Assembly (NCBI GenBank): GCA_021813835.1
Contig: JAKAJJ010000001.1
Coordinates: 1 to 37,142 of the forward strand
Reading direction: 5' to 3'
DNA length: 37,142 bases
Origin: a bacterium
GTDB lineage: Bacteria; Patescibacteriota; Minisyncoccia; Phycocordibacterales; Phycocordibacteraceae
Shown: in pieces, positions 1-7,370 of the stretch
Numbering within the stretch: the stretch's first letter is position 1
Layout of the letters: each line of letters starts with the position of its first letter
Position numbers and translations under genes: made by a program
Notes under the pieces: generated by a model
Database searches by the model: none
The model's input: the letters and a program-made list of their open reading frames with translations, nothing else
Told to the model about the DNA's origin: nothing

Positions 1-21
1 TCATCACCATAGTAGAGATTA

Positions 22-129
22 AACCCATTTTACCAAAGATTGCTGAACGCCGCCCGCCGCCTCGCGGACTCGGCGGCAGCGGCGGAAATGCGGTGCGGGA
101 CGGCGCGGCAAGGCTGGGGTGCCGCGCCG
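22..129. repeat. Left copy of a 108-bp perfect inverted repeat (partner at 2523..2630)
   Basis: The reverse complement of 22..129 reads identically to 2523..2630 when compared base by base. Identity stops exactly at both ends. The repeat is GC-rich with internal hairpins (cggcgcgg/ccgcgccg and gccgcc/ggcggc). Confidence 0.95.
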
Positions 130-137
130 CCAAAAAC

Positions 138-166
138 TTGACATACGGCCTTGCTTGTGATAAGGT
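138..166 (+). promoter_or_regulatory. Candidate sigma70-type promoter (TTGACA, 17-nt spacer, TAAGGT preceded by TGTGA)
   Basis: TTGACA lies at 138..143 and TAAGGT at 161..166 with a 17-nt spacer. The TGTGATAAGGTC context resembles the motifs upstream of tRNA-Val (GTGTGATATAGTCC) and rnpB (TGGTATAGTCC). Confidence 0.5.
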
Positions 167-217
167 CTCTATCAGAACCTTACGCATATCGCGTGGATAA
201 AGACGATCAAGCAATAT

Positions 218-295
218 CCCCGCTAGCAAGGCCGCAAACCGCCTGAAGTTCAAAGGTTCCCCTTTGGAATGTTAGCGGGGGTATTTTGTTTGTTT
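218..295 (+). promoter_or_regulatory. Structured leader element: long compound hairpin followed by a U-rich tract (attenuator/terminator-like)
   Basis: ccccgcta (218..225) pairs with tagcgggg (273..280). An inner caaagg/cctttg hairpin is enclosed. The structure is followed by gtattttgtttgttt and lies between the promoter and the first ORF at 360. Confidence 0.4.
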
Positions 296-359
296 CGCCT
301 TTAGCCGCTCTCAGCTAAGGCGCTCTTTGACACTCACGAAAGCAGAAAGGAGGTGTTCA

Positions 360-647
360 ATGGACGAGAACGATGCCGTCAGAGGAATCATCCAAAAGAT
401 CGATTCCGACGGCAAGCATGGTCCGTATGCCATCGCGATGGTAGAGAGTTTGGGGTCAGTGACCTTTTCTCTCGAACGCCGCGTATGGAGCGAGGACGAC
501 AAACCGGGGCCGGGCGAAATCGTCATCCTATCCAAACTCCGCGAAAAGCGGGCCGGATGGAGAGCGATGCGAGCTCGGTACGTACGGCCGTCCGATAACA
601 GTCGGAACAGCCAAGCTAGCAATCAGCAAAGGAGCACCAAGCGATGA
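360..647 (+). CDS. Hypothetical small protein (95 aa)
   Basis: ATG at 360 is preceded by AAGGAGG with a 6-nt spacer. The track ORF 327..647 is trimmed to this start. The stop overlaps the next start (ATGA). Confidence 0.7.
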   Translation: MDENDAVRGIIQKIDSDGKHGPYAIAMVESLGSVTFSLERRVWSEDDKPGPGEIVILSKLREKRAGWRAMRARYVRPSDNSRNSQASNQQRSTKR

Positions 648-979
648 GCAAGAAGCAGACCCGTTCTTCCGCAGCGAAGACGAGCGCGAATTCCAAGGTG
701 ACGTACAAGGAGTTCGTGGAGCGTGCGATCAAGAGCCTGCGTGAGCCTCCCTACAAGGGGATTCACGTGGTTTTCTCCAACTTCAACAACGCATTCCGGC
801 AGTATTACGGCGAGGATCCGCGTCCCATCGTCGACCAGATGGTAGCCGAGGGATTTCTCGTTTTGCGCCCCGCGAGGGGCGGCGCCATCATCATGTTGGC
901 GTCGGATGCTGACGAGAAGTCGAAGGTCAAGAACGGCCCCAGCGCCGTGCTCGCCAAGATTCTCACCCAGAATGACTAA
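644..979 (+). CDS. Hypothetical protein (111 aa), basic N-terminus
   Basis: ATG is preceded by AAGGAG with a 9-nt spacer. It is translationally coupled to the upstream ORF through an ATGA overlap. Confidence 0.7.
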   Translation: MSKKQTRSSAAKTSANSKVTYKEFVERAIKSLREPPYKGIHVVFSNFNNAFRQYYGEDPRPIVDQMVAEGFLVLRPARGGAIIMLASDADEKSKVKNGPSAVLAKILTQND

Positions 980-1004
980 CTCACAGAGCAAGGAGCAACC
1001 AGCA

Positions 1005-1847
1005 ATGAGCACCAAGACCAACGTCGCGGTCGCCGGAAAGCAGGATGTCGTCCTGCTGCCGGTCGCCGACCTCAAGATGAAGTTCGATGTCCGCAAGGCG
1101 TTGAATGAGGACCGCGTGCTTCTCTTCATGGAGATGTACGAGTCCGGCAATCATGTCCCGCCGATCGAAGTCGTGCGGGGCACGATGGATATCCATGATG
1201 GGCGTCACCGCAAGGCGGCGCTCGACCATCTCAACCGCAGGCACGCTGAGTGCGTGCTGGTGGAGCCGATGGAGTTCGTCGACCAGCTCATGGATGCGTT
1301 CGGGAAGAACATGTCCGACTCGCCGTTCCCGCCCACGCGGGCCGACGTCATCTTCGTTATGAAGCAGCTTTTGGATGCGAACGTTCCCAACGCGCACATC
1401 CAGAAGCGTTTTGAGGCCTTTTATCGGCCGTCGCACGTGCGCAAGCTCCTCAAGGACGCGCACAGCAACGTCGTGAGGGCAAAGATGGCGAAGGCGAAGA
1501 ACGCGGTCGCGCATGGCGGTCTGACCGTCAAGGCGGCTGCGGTCGAGCATGGGGTCGAGCCGGAGCGGTTGCAGGAAGAGATCACGGGCGTGAAGAAGCG
1601 GCGCAAGGCAACGAGCGTCAGCGACATCAAGACCGAGATTACCAACCGCCATCGCGGCAACTCGCAGAAGACGATCGCGGTGTTCCGCGATCTCCTCGAC
1701 AAGTTCGAGGACGGCGAAATGTCCGAGAAGAGCGTGCTGGAAGTGCTGTTGCACGTCCAGCGCCTCAGCACGGACGGCGCCAAGCGGGTGAACTCCTGGA
1801 TCGAGCGCTTCGAGTCCCTCAAGGGCTCGATGAAGGCGAAGTCCTAA
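1005..1847 (+). CDS. ParB/Srx-fold (ParB N-terminal domain-like) protein, 280 aa
   Basis: The N-terminus reads LLPVADLK...PPIEVVRGTMDIHDGRHRKAALDHL, which is a ParB-N/DGxHR-type motif. ATG at 1005 is preceded by AAGGAG with a 9-nt spacer. The track ORF 906..1847 is trimmed to this start. Confidence 0.8.
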   Translation: MSTKTNVAVAGKQDVVLLPVADLKMKFDVRKALNEDRVLLFMEMYESGNHVPPIEVVRGTMDIHDGRHRKAALDHLNRRHAECVLVEPMEFVDQLMDAFGKNMSDSPFPPTRADVIFVMKQLLDANVPNAHIQKRFEAFYRPSHVRKLLKDAHSNVVRAKMAKAKNAVAHGGLTVKAAAVEHGVEPERLQEEITGVKKRRKATSVSDIKTEITNRHRGNSQKTIAVFRDLLDKFEDGEMSEKSVLEVLLHVQRLSTDGAKRVNSWIERFESLKGSMKAKS

Positions 1848-1905
1848 CACCTCCACCTGGGACGAGCCGAGTAATCGGCTCGTCACAAACTTCCGCGGAG
1901 AAGCT

Positions 1906-2055
1906 ATGAGCAACGAGAAACTTTTTCGAGAAGCGCAGAAGCAACTCCGACTCGCTCGCCGCAACGTCGGTAAAGCATGGAAGGAGGTGCAAGAGATGAA
2001 GTTGATGCTCGCTCGCGCACAGCGCAAGCAACCGCTCGACATCAAATCCACGTAA
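1906..2055 (+). CDS. Possible small basic helical protein (49 aa)
   Basis: This ORF was translated by hand and is below the track cutoff: MSNEKLFREAQKQLRLARRNVGKAWKEVQEMKLMLARAQRKQPLDIKST. It has a GGAG upstream and sits between a hairpin (1861..1884) and the terminator at 2087..2120. Confidence 0.4.
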   Translation: MSNEKLFREAQKQLRLARRNVGKAWKEVQEMKLMLARAQRKQPLDIKST

Positions 2056-2086
2056 TCAATCTGTCTTTCGTGAGCGAAATACCCCC

Positions 2087-2120
2087 AAACCCCATCGGCG
2101 TCGCCGATGGGGTTTTTGCT
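2087..2120 (+). terminator. Rho-independent terminator
   Basis: ccccatcggc (2090..2099) pairs with gccgatgggg (2103..2112) around a 3-nt loop and is followed by TTTTT. Confidence 0.8.
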
Positions 2121-2343
2121 GTTTGGAGAGTTAAGATGGCGGATTTTGGGGACACAAAACCCGCCACGGGGTCCCGACCGAAGCCGGGCGTAGGAGTTTC
2201 CCCCTACGGCGATCAAGCAAGTCCCACATGACGGGTTCTCTGTGCTTGATCGCCTATTCGCCATGCCAGCCGCCCTGCGGCTGGTTTAGGCTACTTCATT
2301 ATTCAGTTGTAAGAAGATGGTAGCATTTTGCTTGAAAATTATC

Positions 2344-2510
2344 TAGAGCATGTCTGAAAACCCGCGGCACCCAAGCCGAACTGCCGGTTTTTGCGCCGAG
2401 GCGCCGAACTGGAGTCCGAACCGTACTGTACGTACAGTGAGGACGAAGCGAGCGCGCCGCAGGCCAAAAAACGACAGTGCAGGCAGGGGGAGGTTTTCAG
2501 ACATGCTCTA
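2344..2510. repeat. 167-bp palindromic element with 19-bp perfect arms around an imperfectly self-complementary 129-bp core
   Basis: tagagcatgtctgaaaacc (2344..2362) is the reverse complement of ggttttcagacatgctcta (2492..2510). The core contains a perfect 14-bp palindrome actgtacgtacagt (2425..2438) and a duplicated gccgaactg. Confidence 0.85.
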
Positions 2511-2522
2511 ATTGATTGACGA

Positions 2523-2630
2523 CGGCGCGGCACCCCAGCCTTGCCGCGCCGTCCCGCACCGCATTTCCGCCGCTGCCGCCGAGTCCGCGAGGCGGCGGGC
2601 GGCGTTCAGCAATCTTTGGTAAAATGGGTT
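2523..2630. repeat. Right copy of the 108-bp perfect inverted repeat
   Basis: See 22..129. The outer end carries TGGTAAAAT, an extended -10-like motif, pointing out of the cassette. Confidence 0.95.
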
Positions 2631-2737
2631 CGTGCGAAGCGGGCTAATACATCACAATGGTGGGGATTGGAGAATAGGGCGGGGAGTTATGGGTTAGTAT
2701 TGATACGTTCGCACGCTTATCAAATTACCTTTGCACT

Positions 2738-3397
2738 ATGCGCTTTCTTAAAAATCCCCGTGTTCTCTCCGCGACCGCCGGCGCGGCGTTCGCGCTTGCG
2801 CTCCTTGCAAGCGCGCCCTTCGTTCAGGCGGCGTCCCTCAGCGCTTCCCAAATAAGCGCTATTACCAATCTCTTGCAGACGTTCGGCGTAGACGCTGCGA
2901 CCGTCGCGAACGTGCAGTCCGTGCTCGAAGGAAATGCGCCCGCGACGCCTGCGGTTTCTTCGTCGGCGCCGGCGCCCTTGAGCAACGCTTCTTCCGAAGG
3001 CGTCGCGCAGGCCACGGCGAATGCGAGCAGCTGCTCCGTGATTTCCGGCAACCTGCAGGTCGGTTCGTCGGGCGAAGACGTGACGCGCCTCCAGCAGTTC
3101 CTCTCCCAGGATAAGGCCGTCTACCCGCAGGGCCTCGTCACCGGCTACTTCGGCGAGGATACCCAAGCGGCCGTCCAGCGCTGGCAGACCGATCGCGGCA
3201 TCGTCGCGACCGGAACTCCTGATTCCACCGGCTACGGCGTTGTCGGCCCGCACACGCGCGGCGATATGAACAGAGAGATGGAGGTGGAATGCGAGGGCGG
3301 CGACCACAATGCGACGGCGTCGACGTCTCCCGAGTCGAGCTCGGGCGATGCGAGCGCCTCCTCGACGTCCGACCATTCGGGAACGGGAGATAACTAA
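2738..3397 (+). CDS. Secreted protein with a peptidoglycan-binding (PG_binding_1-like) domain
   Basis: The signal peptide is MRFLKNPRVLSATAGAAFALALLASAPFVQA. The motif GSSGEDVTRLQQFLSQD...GYFGEDTQAAVQRWQ is typical of the PG-binding domain. The C-terminal tail is Ser/Thr-rich. Confidence 0.85.
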   Translation: MRFLKNPRVLSATAGAAFALALLASAPFVQAASLSASQISAITNLLQTFGVDAATVANVQSVLEGNAPATPAVSSSAPAPLSNASSEGVAQATANASSCSVISGNLQVGSSGEDVTRLQQFLSQDKAVYPQGLVTGYFGEDTQAAVQRWQTDRGIVATGTPDSTGYGVVGPHTRGDMNREMEVECEGGDHNATASTSPESSSGDASASSTSDHSGTGDN

Positions 3398-3408
3398 ACG
3401 GGAAAAAC

Positions 3409-3440
3409 AACAGCCGCCGGCCTAGGGGCCGGCGGCTGTT
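3409..3440. terminator. Bidirectional rho-independent terminator between convergent genes
   Basis: aacagccgccggcc and ggccggcggctgtt form a 14-bp stem with a 4-nt loop. An A-run lies upstream and a T-rich tract downstream. Confidence 0.8.
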
Positions 3441-3459
3441 CTCGTTTCAGGAGATGCCG

Positions 3460-4131
3460 CTATTCCACCGAGACGTCCCGGAAGACGGACGCGGTGATGG
3501 TCGAACTGGCGACCGGCCCCCAGACGCGGACCGTATCGCCGTTATTCACCTTGCCGAAATCGAGCGTCGTCCAGTTTCCGGCGAGGACCTTCGCGCCCGA
3601 CGCGAGCGTCACGGAATATGCCGTGCCGTCCCCGGTCGTGAGCGTGAAGGCCTGCCCCGCCGTATCGAGGTTGGAGAGCGCGCCCTCGACGTTGCGCGGC
3701 GTGCCGGCCCGCATCTCCTGCCGTACCGCCTGCACGTTCGTCTTGACCTCCTGATTCAGCGCCCGGCGCGCTGTCCAGTCGCGGACGAGGGTCGCGTCGA
3801 CGGTCCACGCCGCGTTCTGGTCCACCGTGCCCTCCACGCCGACGAAATCGCCGGTCCGGAAGCTCGTGAGCGCAGCGCCCTGCGGCAGGACCTTCGCGGA
3901 GGAGCCGACATTCACCGTCCAGACACCGCCCCAGCCCTTGACCGTCACGGAGCCGGACGAAACCGCGTCCACCATGCCGCGCAAAAGGACACGGCCGTCC
4001 CTATTCACGTTAAGCACCATCGGTTGAGTTGCCGCCGCGGTCGGCGCTCCCGTCGTCCGCGCGAACGCGACGCCGGAAGACGCGAGGAGACCGGCGATGC
4101 CGAGCACTGCAAGCACGTTCTTTTTTGCCAT
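3460..4131 (-). CDS. Secreted protein, DUF5666-like repeats
   Basis: The start is trimmed to MAKKNVLAVLGIAGLLASSGVAFA, a signal peptide. Repeated beta-rich G-x-V-T-V type segments follow. It is a paralog-like relative of 12749..13411. Confidence 0.8.
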   Translation of the reverse strand: MAKKNVLAVLGIAGLLASSGVAFARTTGAPTAAATQPMVLNVNRDGRVLLRGMVDAVSSGSVTVKGWGGVWTVNVGSSAKVLPQGAALTSFRTGDFVGVEGTVDQNAAWTVDATLVRDWTARRALNQEVKTNVQAVRQEMRAGTPRNVEGALSNLDTAGQAFTLTTGDGTAYSVTLASGAKVLAGNWTTLDFGKVNNGDTVRVWGPVASSTITASVFRDVSVE

Positions 4132-4304
4132 AACCAAAGAATTAGTTCGTAATCTACTAATATTTAAGAAGAACAATCCTCATTCACAGGGAGCGGATAC
4201 GAGTATACCCGCTCGCGTACCTCTATATACGTAGGAAACTCGGCCCTGTTTCCCTTCCCATTCTCGCTTCAGAAGGACCGTGCGGTGTGATATAGTCCCC
4301 GTAC

Positions 4305-4377
4305 GCGCGGTTAGCTCAGTTGGTAGAGCACTTCCTTGACGTGGATGGGGTCAGGGGTTCGAGTCCCTTACCGCGCA
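4305..4377 (+). tRNA. tRNA-Val (anticodon GAC)
   Basis: The cloverleaf was folded by hand. The acceptor is GCGCGGT/ACCGCGC, the D-arm GCTCAGTTGGTAGAGC, the anticodon loop TTGACGT and the T-arm AGGGGTTCGAGTCCCTT. CCA is not encoded. Confidence 0.92.
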
Positions 4378-4412
4378 CAGAATGAAGTCGCGCAAATTTC
4401 CGGCAGGAAATT

Positions 4413-5270
4413 ATGCGTGACCCAGTCGCCGTGTGTGCTATAACAAACCCACCGATGCGACCGAGACGGCATACCACGCTCCCCCGCAAAACGATGCGCC
4501 GGCATTCTCCGGCGCCCGGCAAGCCCGCAAGCGGAAAAGTATATATTTACGGCCGCCACGCGCTCGCCGAAGCGCTCCGGAGCGCCCCGCAGGTCGTCCG
4601 CAAGGCCTTCATCGCTCCGGAGATGCGCGATACCGAACTGCGCGCGTTCCTCGAGAAAAACGCCGTTCCCACGGCGCCGCTTGCGGGCGGCCGCGGGAAG
4701 GAACTGGTCGGGAAAGAGGCGGCGTACCAGGGCGTCATCGCCGCGATAGACCCGTCATCCCTGCTCGTCTCCCTCGACGATTTCCTGAAAGGGCTCGACA
4801 TGCGGACGAATCCGGCTGTCGCCGTCCTCGGCGAAGTGCAGGACCCGCACAACGTGGGCGCCATCATCCGCTGCGCAGCGGCCTTCGGCCTTTCGGGCGT
4901 CTTCATCCCCGAACACCGCCAAGCGCCCGTGACGGGAGCCGTCGTGAAGGCCTCGGCGGGAATGGCGTTCCGCATCCCGCTCGTCACCATCGGCAACGTG
5001 AACCACGCTCTCCGCGTATTGAAAGAAAAGGGATTTTGGATTTACGGACTCGCGATGGGCGGCGCGGTAACGCTCGGCGCGGAGACATTCGGCGCCCCCG
5101 CCGCCTTCGTGGTCGGCAACGAAGCGGCGGGCATCCGCGAGAAAACGCTCGAGGCGTGCGACGTGACGCTCGCGATCCCGATGCATGCGCGGACGGAATC
5201 CCTGAACGCCGCCGCCTCCGCCGCGGTCGTGTTCTACGAGTGGTCGCGCAAGCACCCGGAGGCGCTTTAA
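4413..5270 (+). CDS. rlmB: 23S rRNA (guanosine-2'-O)-methyltransferase RlmB / SpoU-TrmH family
   Basis: The N-terminal substrate-binding segment YIYGRHALAEAL is present. SpoU motifs are present: VLGEVQDPHNVGAIIRCAAAFG, VVGNEAAGI, IPMHARTESLNAAASAAVVFYE. The start is uncertain; in-frame ATGs also occur at 4455 and 4494. Confidence 0.88.
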   Translation: MRDPVAVCAITNPPMRPRRHTTLPRKTMRRHSPAPGKPASGKVYIYGRHALAEALRSAPQVVRKAFIAPEMRDTELRAFLEKNAVPTAPLAGGRGKELVGKEAAYQGVIAAIDPSSLLVSLDDFLKGLDMRTNPAVAVLGEVQDPHNVGAIIRCAAAFGLSGVFIPEHRQAPVTGAVVKASAGMAFRIPLVTIGNVNHALRVLKEKGFWIYGLAMGGAVTLGAETFGAPAAFVVGNEAAGIREKTLEACDVTLAIPMHARTESLNAAASAAVVFYEWSRKHPEAL

Positions 5271-5301
5271 TCCGGCACTACTTACGCGGTACTATCCCCC
5301 T

Positions 5302-6162
5302 ATGCCCCACAAGCACACGGTTATCCTCTACCACGCCGATTGTCCGGACGGCTTCGGCGGCGCGTACGCCGCGTGGAAGAAATTCGGTCCTGACGCCGAG
5401 TACGTACCCGCCGACCATCACGCGCTCCCCGAGATCGAATGGCAGGGGAAAGATGTCTACTTGGTGGATATGTGCTACCCGCTCCCGCGCATGGAAGAAC
5501 TGCTCGCCCGCGCGCGCTCGGTGACCGTGCTTGACCATCACTTGGGCGTACGGGACGTCGTCGAGCGCATTCCCGCGCACGTGTTCGACGAGAAGAGATC
5601 CGGCTCGGTTATCGCCTGGGAGTATTTCCATCCGCACACGCCCATTCCGGTCCTGCTCTCCTACGTGCAGGACGGCGATTTGTATACGTTCGCGCTCCCT
5701 CACGCGCGCGCCTTTCTCGCTTACTGCTACGTCCAGCCGTTCACCTTCGAAGCGTGGGAGACGCTCGTCGCGCGTATGGAAGACGCGGGAGAACGGGAGA
5801 AAATACGCGCGCGCGGCGAGGCCTATGTCGAGTACGACCAGGTGCTCAAGCGCCAGATCGCGGACAAGGCGTGGCTGGTATCTTTCGAAAGCCGCGAGGT
5901 GCTCGCCGTCGACGCGCCGCGCTTTTTCGCGTCGGACGTCGGACACCTCCTTTCCGAACGCAAACCGCCGCTCGGGATCGTTATCCGGATAAAGCGCGAC
6001 GGCGTGCGCGTGTCGCTGCGCGGCGACGGTTCCGTCGACGTTTCGGCGATCGCGCGAAAATACGGGGGGAACGGGCATCCGAACGCGGCGGCATTCGTCG
6101 TTCCTCTCGGCGCTCCGCTTCCTTTCATCGCCGTCCACCATCATGAAGATCCTCGCGATTGA
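5302..6162 (+). CDS. DHH/DHHA1-family phosphoesterase (NrnA-like)
   Basis: Motifs seen are ILYHADCPDGFGGA, LVDMCY, VLDHH and the C-terminal GGNGHPNAAAF (DHHA1 GGGH-like). TACTAT lies 6 nt upstream of the ATG. Confidence 0.85.
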   Translation: MPHKHTVILYHADCPDGFGGAYAAWKKFGPDAEYVPADHHALPEIEWQGKDVYLVDMCYPLPRMEELLARARSVTVLDHHLGVRDVVERIPAHVFDEKRSGSVIAWEYFHPHTPIPVLLSYVQDGDLYTFALPHARAFLAYCYVQPFTFEAWETLVARMEDAGEREKIRARGEAYVEYDQVLKRQIADKAWLVSFESREVLAVDAPRFFASDVGHLLSERKPPLGIVIRIKRDGVRVSLRGDGSVDVSAIARKYGGNGHPNAAAFVVPLGAPLPFIAVHHHEDPRD

Positions 6163-7351
6163 GACGAGTTGCGATGAAACCGCCATCGCCATCGTTGACG
6201 CTGAAGGTGACGAAAAATCCGCGCGGTTCCGCGTGCTCGGCGACGCCCTCCTCTCGCAGGTAGAAATCCACAAGGCATACGGCGGCGTCTTCCCCGCCCT
6301 CGCCAAGCGCGAACACGCCAAAAACATCGTTCCCCTCCTCGAGGCGGCGCTCGAAGAGGCGGAACTCCTGCGCGAAGACGCGCAGGCGCTCTCCGGGAAG
6401 ACGCGCGCGGCCGTCGTCGCGCTCCTTGCACGCGAGCCGGGACTCGAGGAGCAGTTCCTCGAATTCGTCGGGGAGTGCGAGCCGCCCGCCATCGACGCGA
6501 TAGCGGTCACGGAGGGCCCCGGCCTTGAACCGGCGCTCTGGGTCGGCATCAATTTCGCCAAGGCGCTCGGCCTCGCGTGGAATAAGCCCCTCGTCGCGGT
6601 CGACCATATGGAAGGGCATATTTTCGCGGCGCTCGCGCGCGAGGCCCCTGCAGAAGGGCACCTTCTGCAGGAGGAAGGTGCCCTTCTGCAGATCGGGGAT
6701 GCGGAGATGCCGGTGCTCGCGCTCCTCGTCTCGGGCGGCCACACGGAACTCGTCCTGATGAAGGAGTGGCTCCGCTACGAGCTCGTGGGACGGACGCGCG
6801 ACGACGCCGTCGGCGAGGCCTTCGACAAGGTCGCGCGCATGCTCGGCCTTCCCTATCCGGGCGGCCCCGAGATTTCCAAACTCGCCGAAGCGGCGCGGGC
6901 CGCGGGCCAAGCCAGCCCGTTCACGCTCCCGCGGCCGATGCTTGATTCACCGTCCTGCGACTTCTCGTTCGCCGGCCTCAAGACCGCCGTCCTCTACCTC
7001 CTCAAGGAGCGGACGGGAGTGGGCGGAGCGGAGAAAAGGCATATCGCGCACGAGTTCGAGAACGCCGTCGCGGACGTCCTGTGGAAGAAGACCGCGCGCG
7101 CTCTCGCGGAGACCGGCGCGCGGACGCTCGTCATCGGCGGCGGCGTCTCGGCTAACGCCCACCTCCGCCGCGTTTTTACGGAAAAAATGAAGGAAGAATA
7201 CCCGGACGCGGCGCTGCACATCCCCGCTCCCGCCCTCACGACCGACAACGCCGTGATGATCGCGCTCGCCGGCTACTACCGCGCGCTCCGCAAGGACTAC
7301 GCGCGCGACATCATCGCGCGCGGCAACCGCGCGCTCGCGGAAAGGCGCTGA
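6143..7351 (+). CDS. tsaD: tRNA N6-adenosine threonylcarbamoyltransferase TsaD
   Basis: Motifs seen are ILAIETSCDETAIAIV, GPGLEPALWVG, VDHMEGHI, LLVSGGHTEL, DDAVGEAFDKVARMLGLPYPGGP and GGGVSAN. It overlaps the upstream gene by 20 nt. Confidence 0.95.
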   Translation: MKILAIETSCDETAIAIVDAEGDEKSARFRVLGDALLSQVEIHKAYGGVFPALAKREHAKNIVPLLEAALEEAELLREDAQALSGKTRAAVVALLAREPGLEEQFLEFVGECEPPAIDAIAVTEGPGLEPALWVGINFAKALGLAWNKPLVAVDHMEGHIFAALAREAPAEGHLLQEEGALLQIGDAEMPVLALLVSGGHTELVLMKEWLRYELVGRTRDDAVGEAFDKVARMLGLPYPGGPEISKLAEAARAAGQASPFTLPRPMLDSPSCDFSFAGLKTAVLYLLKERTGVGGAEKRHIAHEFENAVADVLWKKTARALAETGARTLVIGGGVSANAHLRRVFTEKMKEEYPDAALHIPAPALTTDNAVMIALAGYYRALRKDYARDIIARGNRALAERR

Positions 7352-7370
7352 TTTGCTATATTTTGAGGCA

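Noticed and set aside
1-20. A possible target-site duplication flanks the IR cassette. tcatcaccatagtagagatt at 1..20 matches acatcacaatggtggggatt at 2650..2669 at 15 of 20 positions.
   Set aside because: The match is imperfect and the two copies are at different distances from the repeat ends (1 nt versus 19 nt). The left flank is cut by the window edge, so it cannot be distinguished from chance.
2153-2167. A 15-nt exact match, cacaaaacccgccac, is shared between 2153..2167 and 32841..32855.
   Set aside because: A single 15-mer coincidence is about what is expected by chance for all-against-all comparison in a window of this size. The flanks do not align.
2541-2855. ORFs run through the right inverted repeat (2541..2855 +) and through the palindrome (2339..2533 -).
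   Set aside because: There is no RBS, the composition is odd and basic, and they are built from repeat or palindrome sequence. The 2541 ORF also overlaps the start of the well-supported PG-binding protein gene in another frame.
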